This document shows, piece by piece, positions 12,052 to 24,446 of a stretch of DNA of 64,000 nt; position 1 is the stretch's first letter; each line of letters opens with the position of its first letter. The notes beneath the pieces are model-generated. The model was not told the origin of the DNA and searched no databases. It worked only from the letters and a program-made list of their open reading frames with translations. Source of the DNA: Epiperipatus broadwayi. Lineage: Eukaryota > Animalia > Onychophora. The stretch is taken from positions 7,812,001-7,876,000 of the forward strand of contig JAQFVV010000008.1 in assembly GCA_028023455.1 (NCBI GenBank), read 5' to 3'. Position numbers and translations under genes: made by a program.

Positions 12052-13891
12052 TGTATACGACGATCCTTTTCAGGACTCGACGAAGTCGCATCTACCTATA
12101 GTCGGACTTTCAGTCTTTTTATAGAATGCCATGGATGAATCCAATCCACTTCTCTATTAATAACCTCGTTACTCTTGGAATTCGAGCTCAGAGTAGAAAT
12201 CACAATTGACTCTCTTCAGGCATTTCCACAAATATCTCATAGTAATGATAAATTTAGTATAAGCTATATATAACTTTTTTATAAATATTAAATCACTAAG
12301 TTGATTCAACATATATATGCGTATGTATGTTTATAATTATTGGTTTTATAAAATGACTAAATAAAATAAACAAACGAGACCTGTTTAATCTTAAAATCAA
12401 GTTTAACACATTTTAATCCATAATAGAAACAAAAATATTATCACATAAATAATAAAAATATTAAAATTTAGAATTATAATCTGTGCTTATATATATACAA
12501 TGATAAACTATTTAACATTCAGAAAAAACATAATGTAATTATTTACATATACATAATTTAAAATCATGTGTACAATAAATAATACCACCATACATTATAA
12601 ATCTACGTATTATGTCATTAAAATGATTCAGTGTGTGTTATATGTCTATATAAGATAACATCCAGTCACACTAGATTAATAATAGAATGTATTCTGATAT
12701 TAATTATGTTATTGTTTAAAAAGAAATTATGATAATTGTCAGGTAAGGTTCAATTTGGAATATAATAAAACTTCCAAATTGAAATAATTTAAAAACTTTT
12801 ACCTTAGTCAGCTGTCACTTTCACCAGAGCATATATCAACATCTAAATTTTATTAGATAAAGATAAAATGTTCATCTTATCAGTTCTCCAATTTAATATA
12901 CGAAGTAATTTTTCCACGTAAATATAATTATCTTCAAAGGAAATAAAGTTTAAGAGTTATTAAAGTGCACAACGAAGTATTCCAAGATGCAAAAGAATAA
13001 TGGTTTCATATTCCTCCTTAGACGAAATAAAATGATGATGAATGTTGAAAGGTAAAGTTCCTTGATCATCCTTCAAAGAGGTAATCCAAATATTCATTCT
13101 TTTAAATATTTGCGTACTAAAATATTTAAAATCTTCAATATAATACTCCATTATTAAGGTAACTTTTTTGGTGGAAATTACGATGATTATACTTTAGGCA
13201 TTAAGTAGGAATAAATTTACATGTTCAAGTTTAAAACATCAGCAGAAATCCTTGGCATAAATTGTCTAGCCAAAGAACATCTTTATAAATTTTTGTCTTC
13301 TTAAACATATATTTTGAAAACTCATTTTGAAGACGATAACTCTTATAACCATGTCAATTTCAATGATTATTTTTTTGTAGTTTTTAAAATAGTGAATCTT
13401 TTTTTTCTTAAATGTGTTCTAAATTCTAACACATTTAAATTTACAGACATAGTTATTGCCTTGATAACTAAATAGATTATTATATAACAATATTAGTTCG
13501 TTTTTATATTGGATTAATTTCTGCAAGCATATCACATAATCATGCTCACGCTCTCTATTGTTTAAAATATACAATTTGTAATGAACTTCAAACGTTTTAT
13601 TTCCTTTGTTTCAACTGATAAAAATGTAATGTTGACTTAAGGCTTTGTCAAGTTTTAGTTAATAAAAAAAAAAATGCTATTAGTTGGAAACATTTATTTA
13701 TGTCTGTGTATAAACAAATTAGAATTATTCATTTTTAGAATTATTCTTTTAATACTAACTAGTTTTTGTATATAACTGATATATGAAAAACTTAAGATAG
13801 TTGTATGTTATTTATATGTAGATTCAATATAGATACAGTTAAATTCACAAAGAAACATTGTTTTAGATGAGGCTCATATGGTACTCTCACA
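12052..13891 (-). repeat. 5' LTR of the long-LTR element
   Basis: Minus strand begins TGTGAGAGTACC and ends …TACA immediately before the PBS. Confidence 0.92.
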
Positions 13892-14364
13892 ACATATATT
13901 TTATAAAACATATTTAAATAAATTGTTTATAACTTATTCACTATCACTTTCAATTACCATACAAAAATTGTTTAATTTTTTTTATTTTCCACTCATATGA
14001 TAAAGTCAGAATGAAAGACCAATTGTAACCACACATTCAAATAAAAAACACACAAATACTTGAATGTGCAATCTTGAATACAAATTGTAAAATTTGTTTT
14101 TTAAATTTTAAACAATGTTCTAGAAAAATAAATAGAAATAGTTTTTTCATAGAATTAAATCTAAATGGAAAATTTAAAGACAACTTTATTGGAAGAAAAT
14201 AAATAATGTAGAAAGAAAATGAAATTGTCCAAACTATGTAGGATCGAACTCCTGTTAAAAAAAGGATAATTGTATTACTCTTTAAAACATAATTTTATTT
14301 TTTTGTATACTGAATAAGATTTGAGAAAATCCAGAATTGTATGTCTTTTTACAATCATTTTGAG

Positions 14365-15365
14365 CATTATTATCAACTTATCACTGTAGGATTGTCTCTC
14401 CAAGTTCATCTTTAATCTCTTCTTTACATCACTCCTACTTGCATTCTTATTTCATTCATCCATCTCATATTTGGTCTCTTTCTGGGTCTTTCGCAATTTT
14501 TTGGAATCCTATTAAGATTTAAATTGTGCATCATCATCTCTTCTAGCAATATGTGCAGCCCAATTCCACTTAAATCTTTTTAATCCTTTCAATGATACAC
14601 ACCCATTTGTTCTCTTATTCATGTATTACATTTTCGATCTCTTGTTACTCGTAACATGCATTTTTCCATACTTCGAATGGTCTGAAGTCTATTGCTTTTC
14701 TATTAAGTGTCCATGCCTTAGGTCCATAAGTAAGAACTGGTAAAATATATTTATTAAAAACCTTTTCAAATACATAGGCATATTTTCTTTTAATATTATT
14801 TCTACCAAAAGCACTCCAACAGAGTTTAATTATATGATTAATTTCATCCATTATGTTTCCATCTGTAGTAATATTCTGACCAGGGTATTTGTAGCTGTTA
14901 ACTTCTTCACACTCTTCATCTTTTGAGAAAATCCATTGAACATATACTTGAATCTTTTTAATATTTACCTTTAGTCATACTTTCATCTGATAACTCTTGC
15001 AATATTTCCTGAAGCATGATTTCCATTTACTTTTATTCCTTTAGATTCCCATTTTAATCCCCAAAATACTTCTTGCATCACTGCTGTCAGTTTTGGAGAT
15101 ATGGAGTCACTCTATCTTACACCCTTCTCAATGTTTAACCTTCCTAGTATCATGTAATCATTGCTGTTGCATTTTTATATTCTTCAGAATATGACAATAT
15201 CCTGGGTCTATACATTGATGATCCAATACTTGAATAACTGAAGAAATGCTTATAGAATCAAATGCCTTTTCATAATCTACAAACTCAAACATAATGACAA
15301 TTCATATTCATTGGCTCTTTCTACAACTCTCAATACTTGGACATGATTCATTGTACTAAAACCAC
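14365..15365 (-). mobile_element. 5'-truncated, decayed RTE-clade LINE (RT and downstream region)
   Basis: FVDYEKAFDSI (~15260-15290), KGVR*SDSISPKL (~15090-15125), YKYPGQ (~14880), DEI…IKLCWSAFG…KVFNKYILPVLTYG (14645-14851). Limits approximate. Confidence 0.85.
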
Positions 15366-18300
15366 TTGATATTGTAACAGTCAGAATCGTCTATCTCGCT
15401 AACATACTGCAGAATTCAAACCCCAGACACGAAACTGAACATTCTAGGAGGGGTTGCCTTCTAGATATACTAAGTTCGAATCTAAAGTCCAAATTTCACA
15501 GTGCCATCTACGTGATAACGCATCTGGTGCCACTACTAATATAACCTTTGACCGGTGCCTGGTGGTCAGGGAGAAACAAAAGACTCTATACTAAAAGAAG
15601 TTTGGGTGGCTAATTAACGTCTGGATTTACAAAAGAAATGCAGAAAATATATATATAGACCGAGACAGTGATAGGAATCAAATAAAATAGATCAAATTTA
15701 GTTTTAAATAATTTCACACAATTTATTTATATATATATATAACGCCACTGTCTGCTTATATGAGACGGGGACGCGTATTAAATAATTGTTGGCATTATAT
15801 TTCAATAAATGACAAAAGGTTATAAAGCAAAGTGATATATTCTATTCCTCGGGCTAATAGCATTACGATAATGTGCTTGACGAGATAGGAACATGTGCGA
15901 GGTGCTTTGAGTAATTATACAAGTTTAAGAAAATATTTGAAAATTAAGTGTTCTAAAATATTTATTGATTTCGAGAATAGCACGGACTAAAGCATACTAA
16001 GCAACAAAGTGGGAATGGGATCAAAGCATTTATTTGAGAATAATAATAATAGAGTTGCATTGGGAGGTCAGTATTGCTTATAATGAATTTATTAAAGTTG
16101 GAGGGTGTGACCCGTTTAAGTCACGGATGCTTTGTAAAATAAATATCGAATATCCGGAATGATTACGGAGGGCGTCTCGCCGCTAACCCGTAGGAAAGTA
16201 TTTTGATGAACAGCCGAAACTTAGCGACTGTGTGACGATTGCGTTTAATTCCCAGGGATGTCATTTGGGACACCCTCTGCCTGGAAACTTGCAATAAGCG
16301 AAAAGAACGGACTTTACCGTGTAAAGAATCCTTGGAAAAATAAAACAAAGCGGTCTCAACAACCAATTCATTTACCAGCAATATGAGACTAGTGTATATA
16401 AAAACATACTAAATGGGTTTTACTCGGATTAAGAGAAATGCCCAATCAAATTCCCCGAAATTTATTTAAAAGGGTCCTCACATTCTCGACGTCAATGATG
16501 AACTTCATAATTAAAGTAGAACACGGTAATTAAAATAGGAAAATGCTTGCTTGCGGGTTTAAAAAGTAAGTATAGATTTATATACGCAATCATGCATTAA
16601 GGGACACATTTAACCATTGACTTCGCACATACTCAGATTAAAATCAATAACATGTAGATTTTAAACTATGTGATTATATTATATTAAAGAAAAGAATCGA
16701 ACGAGTGATTTGCAAGATAATAAAATTGGAAAATTATAAATTTAAAATATGCCTTAATAGTGGCGTCTTACTTTCAATAGAGGGAATAGTTCACTCGGTC
16801 AAAGACGATTCTGACACATTATCATAATAAAATAAAAGAAAGCTTTATAAATAGAAAATATTAATCCAAGGATAGAGCAAAATGTTGAGTATATTTAAAC
16901 ACTTTAAAGAAATACATAATGAAGTTATGTGAAATATAAGGAAAACAATTTTAAATAGCTATAGCATGTTAGGAATCACAAGAGCTCTCAGGTTAATTTA
17001 GGTTACCTCTGGAGAAGCATTTGTCGGCAGGTTTTATAATTCAGCAGCAAATCTGGAATGTTCATATTTTTGCAGCAGCAGCAGTTCCGGGGTTTCTTAT
17101 GTGATAGCTTTCGATGGTATGGAGCAGCGGCTGGCTATTGCGAGGGGACATAGCCATCTTAACGCCTCTACTCTGACATGTCAAGGTTAGCAAATTATTA
17201 GAATAGAACACAGAATGATTTCACTTAGAAACATTAGAAGAAAAAAACAACTAACTGGAGAACAAAAGAAAAACCTTTTTATAGTAGAATTTAACAATAG
17301 AACTGCCCTGGAGCATTACAAAAATATCGGACTTATCAGCTGTAATTAAATCATCGGAATGTCTAAAGGAATTCAACATTAATTAATTTCTTTTGTTAAT
17401 TTCCCTGTCGACATTCGAATTACACACTAGATTTAGTTAAAAATTACTTTTATTAATTAAAGAAAACCTTAAGTGGACATCTGCTGTTTTTAGATAAACT
17501 TATACAACATTTACTAATTAAACTATTGTCCCTCATTTATTTTAACAGAAATATTTGGAATAACTTTTATTAAATTAAAGAAAATGATTTTACTTTTTAA
17601 ATTGCAATATTTGAATCTATTTACTAAACGAATGAATTTTATTTTAAATCAAAATATATTACGACGGTAATATATTTGTAAACAGATTCAAACAAAATAA
17701 CTTTAACAATTTATAATTTTGATATGTTTTAAAATGGATATCATAGTGTGTGCGCAATTACAACTTATATAACTTATTTTTTAATAAATGTAAATTATGT
17801 GAACAAATACATAATTCATAATATTTTATTTTATTTGGGAATAAGTTATATATATAATACGAGCATTGTGCTCATGGTTTAAAATTTAGGCGGGATTTTC
17901 AGTATATAAGTGTATTGCAGACACACTACGATAGATTGGGGTTCAAACTAAGGTATGAGGGTAGGAAGTAGGTGAGAAAAGGTGAAATGAAGATCTGCAA
18001 AGCAGACCTTACTGTTTCAATATGAATATATTTTTGGAATGATGAAAAAGAAATGGCTGAAAAAAATATTTAAATGATAATGTATACAATTTAAACTGAA
18101 AAAAAGATCAAAGATATTACAAAAGCAAATTTAAAAAATATGGAATTTGGGATATCAAATAGCAGCAGAGAATGTTTGCTGTTGTGAACTGACATAATTT
18201 ATAAAAAAGAAAAATGATAGTGCAGGTAAAGAGATTGCTACATAGGAAACAAAATTATGACCTCAGCACTGTACCATTTATATATATATATGGTAATATT

Positions 18301-18872
18301 TAAAAGAAAAATTAGAAATAGTTCCATAAACACTAATTTTTTTTAAATGTAATTCATTTTTTTAGATATGTATAATGAGAATTATTTGTGTTTGATATTT
18401 ATTTAATTAAAGTTAAAATTGGAATAGAAATGCATACAGATTGTTGATTTAGATAAATGAGATTCCGAATGTAAGTGATTACGATCAGAATTTTACTGAT
18501 AATTAAATATGGCTCCTAAGGAATTTATTTTAAAAAAAGAGAGAACTTAGTAGCTAAAACGGAAAAAAGAACGTACAAAACTTGTCTTCTGATAACAAAA
18601 CAAAATGCGCAGAAAAATCTAAAAATGGTTTGAGATATAAAAAGCAGACAACTTCGAAGGGGGTTCTTTTGGTTGGCATTTTCCGTGGGTTCTGAATAGA
18701 GAAAATGCCTCTACCCATATGTGAACCAAGTCATCATGTGGGAGTGGAAACCGGGGCATTTGTGGGCCTTAAAATGGACCAGGAATGTGAAAATGACAAA
18801 AAAATCAAGGTTAACTAACTACAAATGAACTCTTCATCCCAAGAAATACATGTATGCTACAATAATCTACAT

Positions 18873-19489
18873 CAGAGGTGGCCAACTTTTGTGTTCATAA
18901 GATCTACTTTTTATTTTTAAAATGTGTTTTGATAGACTTATCATAGGCATAGTCTAAGTAGAGGAAGGTGTGAAATACAATATTTTTATATATCTACCTA
19001 TCTGAAAAATAATTATTTAACGGACCAGAAAACTCATGTCTGGGGGAATTAAAGCAACATGAGTAATTAACAATATTTATTAATTCAAATTAGCTACATT
19101 AAGTCAAAATTAAAAATATTATTTTCAATAATGATATGATTTAGTGGGCTTCACCTATCTAGAATTGAAAGAAAATTTAAAATAATAATAAAAATTGAAT
19201 ATCTTGACTTAATTTATTTCACTGGTAACCTGACAGCTCTTGCCAGATTGACCTTGCAATCGACCAGTGGATCATGATTTAAAACAAAAATAATAATAAT
19301 AAATTGAATTTATTCCACTTGTAAACCGACAGCTCTTGCCAGATTGGCCTCGCGATCGACCGTGGATCATGATTTAAAACAAATAATAAAAAAAATTGAA
19401 TATCATATTTCACTCGTAACTTGATAGCTCTTGCCAGATTGGCCTTGTGATCGACCGGTGGATCGTAATAGACTTGTTGACCACCCCTG
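18873..19489. mobile_element. hAT-superfamily MITE (617 bp) with three ~95-bp subterminal tandem repeats
   Basis: TIRs cagaggtggccaac / gttgaccacccctg; perfect 8-bp TSD ATCTACAT (18865-18872 / 19490-19497). Unit 'gacagctcttgccagattg…cgatcgacc…gtggatc' occurs three times in 19180-19465. Confidence 0.95.
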
Positions 19490-19949
19490 ATCTACATAAA
19501 CCCACAAAACTTACCAGTAAGTTATAATTCATACCTTAAATTGTGTCTAATTCAATATGTTTGCAAACTAAACTAACTATAATACCGATAGAGACATTCA
19601 CCGTTTGATTATTCAAGGAACTTTCATTTACGACTGATTGGAAATAACGAAAAAATTGAACTGTTGAATTAATTGATTGATTAACCTTATTATCTGGATG
19701 TATGTGGAGGTTCCTTTCCATTTTATTCATAATTTCGTTTTAATATTTCATAATTATAGTTGATATTTAAGTTATGTTCTGTTAAAATTATTAATGTAAC
19801 ACCTTTCATTGTACGTTCATTAGATTTTATTTTATTTTAAACTTTTCAGAAATGTATAAATTAACTCTGCCAACACCAGGGAAAATTCAGATAACAGATT
19901 CATGTGTTAAGAAATCTAAATCCTGATAATCTATTTAGTTATTTGTGTG

Positions 19950-22900
19950 ATCGTGATGTGATGTATTATGGCTTCTCCTTAAACGAAGTGAAGAATATCT
20001 CAGCAATTATACCCAGATAAACCTGTTAGCCACTTTCTTTTACATTCCCCACTCTAAATTTACCCATAATCTGCTCTATCCCATTTCCACAACATAATTT
20101 TTGTCAACTCTATAACCTTTATATCTAAATCCCCCTTATCTTTTCCCAAACCCAGCATAAAAACCAATAATTCACTTTCTGTATAATCACTCTTTTCATA
20201 TTTATTTTTCCACAACTTCATTATATGTACCCTTTCTGTTTTCAAACATTTACATTCAATTAACAAATGCCTAATATTTTCAATTCCTTCCTTACATAAT
20301 TTACAAAATAAATCACCCATATTTTTCCATTTACATGTATATTCTTTTGGAGCTAAAGATCCCGTTCGAGCCTTAAACAATAAACTACTTTCCTTACTAT
20401 TATCATATATTAACTCACACTTAATATTCTGTTTATTTCTATATATATTTAAACTCTTTTTACTCTCCATACTATTTCTCCATCTCTCTAACTCCCTAGT
20501 CTTTATTAATAAATTTATTCTTTTATCCCATTCCTTACTACTATAACACTCAATAATCCTCTTAACACAATCATCCCATCTTTTATACAAATATACTGAT
20601 ATAAATTCTTTATCCAAATCTTTTGCATATCGCATTACCTTTCTCACCCATCTTGTTACCTGCCCTTTACTCATAACCCAATTAAATACTATTTTAGCTA
20701 TTCTTTTATTATCCATAAACTGCAATCTACCAAACATTTTCATTTTACTTTTTGCATCTCTCATATGAAAACTTGACCATCCCATTTCTCCTTGAATTGC
20801 CTCCCTTGCTGTCCATACTTCTGCATCCAATGCATGTCTTCCTACTTCCCTTTGAGCTTTTTCTAAATAATCTAATATCTTTTTACTAACATATAATGCA
20901 TCATTACCATATGTTAACTCTGCTACTGCAACTCCTTTCCATATAATTCTAGCTACATCATATTTATTATATGAAAATACTGTTAATTTCTTTATCAATC
21001 CTTTTCTTTTCTTTGCTTCATTTATCAATTTTTTCTCCCATTCATCCAAATAATTTTTCTGATTACTTAAAATAATTCCCAAATAACTATATCTATTCAC
21101 CACACTTAACTTAATATCTCCCAATAAAAATTCTACATCTTCTCTTTCCTCAATATTAACCATCATTATATTTGATTTTTCTTCACTAAATTTAATCCCC
21201 ATCTCTTTACCCACCCTCAACATAACTTCCATATCTTCTCTTTTTTCTGCACACAAAAATATATCATCTGCAAAAAAAAGACCTGACAAAATATATACTC
21301 CCTTACTACCTATTAACGGTATCTCTATCCCTCTTCCTAATCTTTCTATTGCTCTTTCCATTTCACTCAAATACAACACAAACAAAATAGGTGACATAGG
21401 GCATCCTTGCCTTAGTCCCACACCATTTTTAACTTTAATTGATTCTATATTCTCTAATTGATATATATAATAATTATTTTCATATAATTTCTTAATAATA
21501 TCTATTAAAGTTTCATCCATTCCCAAATTTGCTAAACTTATCCATAATCTATTTCTATTTACTCTATCATATGCCTTCTCTATATCTATAAAACTCATAT
21601 ATAACTTTATCTGCATTCCTCCTCATATCCATAAGTTGTGTAACTACAAATAAACTATCTCCTATACGCCTATCTAATCTAAAACCTCCTTGCATTTCAC
21701 CCACTACATTATTCCCTTCCATCCATTTTACAAGCCACCATATATGAGAAAACTTTATATAAAACTGATGTTACCGCTATCGGTCTATAATTATCCAACT
21801 TTCTATGATCCTTACCCTTTCCTTTAAATAATAACCTTACTCTTGTATTACTCCAACTACTTGGGAAAACTCTATTCTGTGCCATTTTATTAAAACAGGA
21901 TAATAACTTTACTTTTGCCCTATATCCTAAATTCATTATCATCTCTGCTGCCCATCCATCTAAACCTCTTGCCTTCCCACTTTTCAATTTCTTTTCTACC
22001 TCATTTAGTTCATTTTCTGAAAAACTAATATTCCCATTACTATATTCTTTCATATTTTCTAATATTCTATCATTCACATCTAACATCTTTTCTATATTCA
22101 TTACATAACTATTTAAGATTCTCTCTAAATCTTCTCTAGAACTACACTCAGTTCCCTCATCATCTAGTAATATTAACTCTCTCTCCCCTACATTTCTCCT
22201 TTTAATATAATTCCAAAATTTTTTACTTCCATCTCTTCCACTTTTATTAATATCCTCCAACAATTTACTATTCAATTTCATTCTCTCTTTATAAATATCT
22301 ATTTTAGCCAACTTCTTCTTTTCTAAGTACTTTTCCCATTTAGCATTAATATCTTTTTCACATTCCTTATTCTTAATAGCACACTTATATTCTCTACATG
22401 CTTCTTTCCTTTCTTTTACACTTTTACTAATTTTAATTTTTTTATTACTTTTATTCTTTTCAATATTCTCACCTAAAACCCTATTTGCAACTTTTTCTAC
22501 TTCCTTACACCAATCCTTATACTCATCCCCAACCCACTCTTCCATTATTTCTTCAACTTGTATTTTATACTCTTCCAACTTATTCTTATCATTTACTCTC
22601 CATCCACATCTTTCACTATTATGTCTACTTTTATTTCTATTCTCCATCACATTACTAACCATTTCAATTACAATGAAATTATGATCACTAGTGCATACTT
22701 TTTCTTCATTATCAAATACCTTAATTTTCCGTATTTTATTTATTCCCTCTTTCTCTACCAATACATAATCTATTTGTGAAATATATTATTTCTGGACCAT
22801 GTGTATTGTCCCTCATAAATATTTAATAAATTTCCAATACTCAAATTCACTTTCTGACAAAAATTCTTCAAAAGCTGTCCATTTTTATTATCTTCATCAT

Positions 22901-23510
22901 CAATTTCTTCAATATTTCCATTCATATCCCCTATAACCATTATTCTCTTCCCCTTTTCTTTAAAACTTTGTATATCCTTAACTAAACATTCGTATATGTT
23001 ACTATTCCACTCCAATATAATTTGACTATCTCCAGTAGCTATATAAACTATAGCCACCATCCATTCTTGTCTACCCAACCTTATTTCAAACCACGAGTGT
23101 TCTTGACATTTAACAATATTTAAATATTTTTTTGATATAACACCTATACCACCACCCCTTTTTTCTTTTCTATTTATACCCTGCCATACCAACTGTTCCA
23201 AAATAGGTTCTTCTTCTTCTCTTAAATGTGTTTCCACTACTGCTAATACCTCAAGCTCTTCATTTTCAATTGTTTTATTTAATTCCATCCACTTTTCTGG
23301 TTTCCTACCACCTTGCATATTCAAAAACCCAATTTTAACAATTTCTTCTTTCCTAACTACTCTTATAAATTCTTTTAATTCTTTCTTCTCCATTACATTT
23401 ATAAATTACTTTCTTACCATTAATTTTACAAACCCATTCCTTCTCCATATCTATATTTATATCAAAATCAAATTCCTTTTGCTTACTTCTTATATTCCAT
23501 CCATTCTTTT
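19950..23510 (-). mobile_element. Non-LTR retrotransposon (LINE, RTE-X-like), near-complete ORF2, 5'-truncated
   Basis: APE endonuclease, RT and C-terminal CCHC finger in order; short 3'UTR ending in an (ATCAC)n-like tail near 19955-19970. Clade assignment is by motif resemblance only. Confidence 0.9.
20060..23393 (-). pseudogene. LINE ORF2 (APE-RT-CCHC), broken by about three frameshifts
   Basis: APE: KIGFLNMQG…LAVVETHL…VIGDMNG…TWSR, then SQIDYVL and SDH. RT: NYRPI, QGGFR, FIDIEKAYD, GLRQGCPMSPILF, LFFADD, YSYLG. C-terminal CKLCKEGIENIRHLLIEC. Track ORFs 22770-23393, 21709-22761 and 20060-21616, plus a short bridging frame at 21610-21725. Confidence 0.92.
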
Positions 23511-23631
23511 TAATAAAAAATAAATAAAAAATTAATTCGGCTGGCAATGCGAATCTGAATCATAAATTGGACAAGTTAGTCTGGAAATGTTATGTTCTGT
23601 GAAGCTTTCTAATACTTAGAATGAATAAACA

Positions 23632-23965
23632 CAGACATCACTTGATTAGGAAAAAAAAACAATTAGAAATTTATAATCTTTAAAGCATAATTGACTGAAA
23701 ATGTTACAATGGCTTCCCAATATGGGACTTCGACACAATACAACTATAACTTGAAATAAGTCATAGTAATGGCGGTCCAAAAGTGGAACTCTAAACCTCA
23801 GACATCACTTGATTAGGAAAAAAAAACAATTAGAAATTTATAATCTTTAAAGCATAATTGACTGAAAATGTTACAATGGCTTCCCAATATGGGACTTCGA
23901 CACAATACAACTATAACTTGAAATAAGTCGTAGTAATGGCGGTCCAAAAGTGGAACTCTAAACCT
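23632..23965. repeat. Near-perfect tandem duplication, 2 x 167 bp
   Basis: 'cagacatcacttgattagg…gtggaactctaaacct' at 23632 and 23799; only one substitution seen (gtcAtagt/gtcGtagt). Confidence 0.95.
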
Positions 23966-24289
23966 ATAGCCGAAGAATAAATGAGTTTTAGATTTTAAAA
24001 AATTTGAAACCAGATTGATTATACAACTATAAAAAGATTTATATGTGTACAGAAAAAAAACACAATCACGGCTGATGTAGACTTAAGTCTAGTGGTTTGG
24101 GTGGCATGTGCCTAGATTGGAGAAATTATTAGCCCTCTTTTTAATTGCTTATCGGTCTTTGTAGCAGGGTCTGTAAATTGGAAGCCGGACAGAGTTCCTT
24201 TTGAGTAGTTAAATTTCACAAATAATGGGTGAGCAATGCTTGTAAATACAGACTGATTTTTCGGTACGTTTACTCTTGTAGGTGTTGTG

Positions 24290-24446
24290 TTGTACATACG
24301 TGATGAGAGTGGCAATAGTCTGCCGGAAGTACTGTAGTAAGCCTTAGCATACCTGCTCAATAATCACGTACCACCACAAATGGCAGTCTACAGAAATATA
24401 TTGGTGACGCTAATACATAAAAAAACAACAGAATACAGAAGTAAGT
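24290..24446. promoter_or_regulatory. CpG-containing promoter-like patch
   Basis: ETS-type CCGGAAGT at 24323-24330, YY1-like AAATGGC at 24378-24384, and a strong plus-strand donor GAA|GTAAGT at 24441, in otherwise CpG-poor DNA. Confidence 0.3.

Larger units (their letters stand above)
7065..13891 (-). mobile_element. Non-autonomous Gypsy-derived LTR retroelement with very long (~1.9 kb) LTRs
   Basis: Direct repeats 7065-8973 and 12052-13891 (about 95% identical in the first 200 bp aligned by eye). 4-bp TSD ACAT (7061-7064 / 13892-13895). PBS TGGCGCCCA right after the 5' LTR; G11 polypurine tract before the 3' LTR. The 3.1-kb interior has a gag-like ORF and an integrase tail but no PR/RT/RH. 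The left boundary could alternatively be 7056 (tgtatac), in which case no TSD is seen. Confidence 0.92.

Noticed and set aside
15474-15482. GTTCGAATC B-box suggesting a tRNA or tRNA-derived SINE
   Set aside because: No A-box at the right spacing and no cloverleaf stems.
19180-19465. Repeat-spacer appearance resembling a CRISPR array
   Set aside because: Whole units, including the 'spacers', are homologous, the context is eukaryotic, and the array lies inside a hAT MITE.
24112-24360. 82-aa minus-strand ORF
   Set aside because: Starts at TTG, has no recognisable motif and no supporting splice structure.
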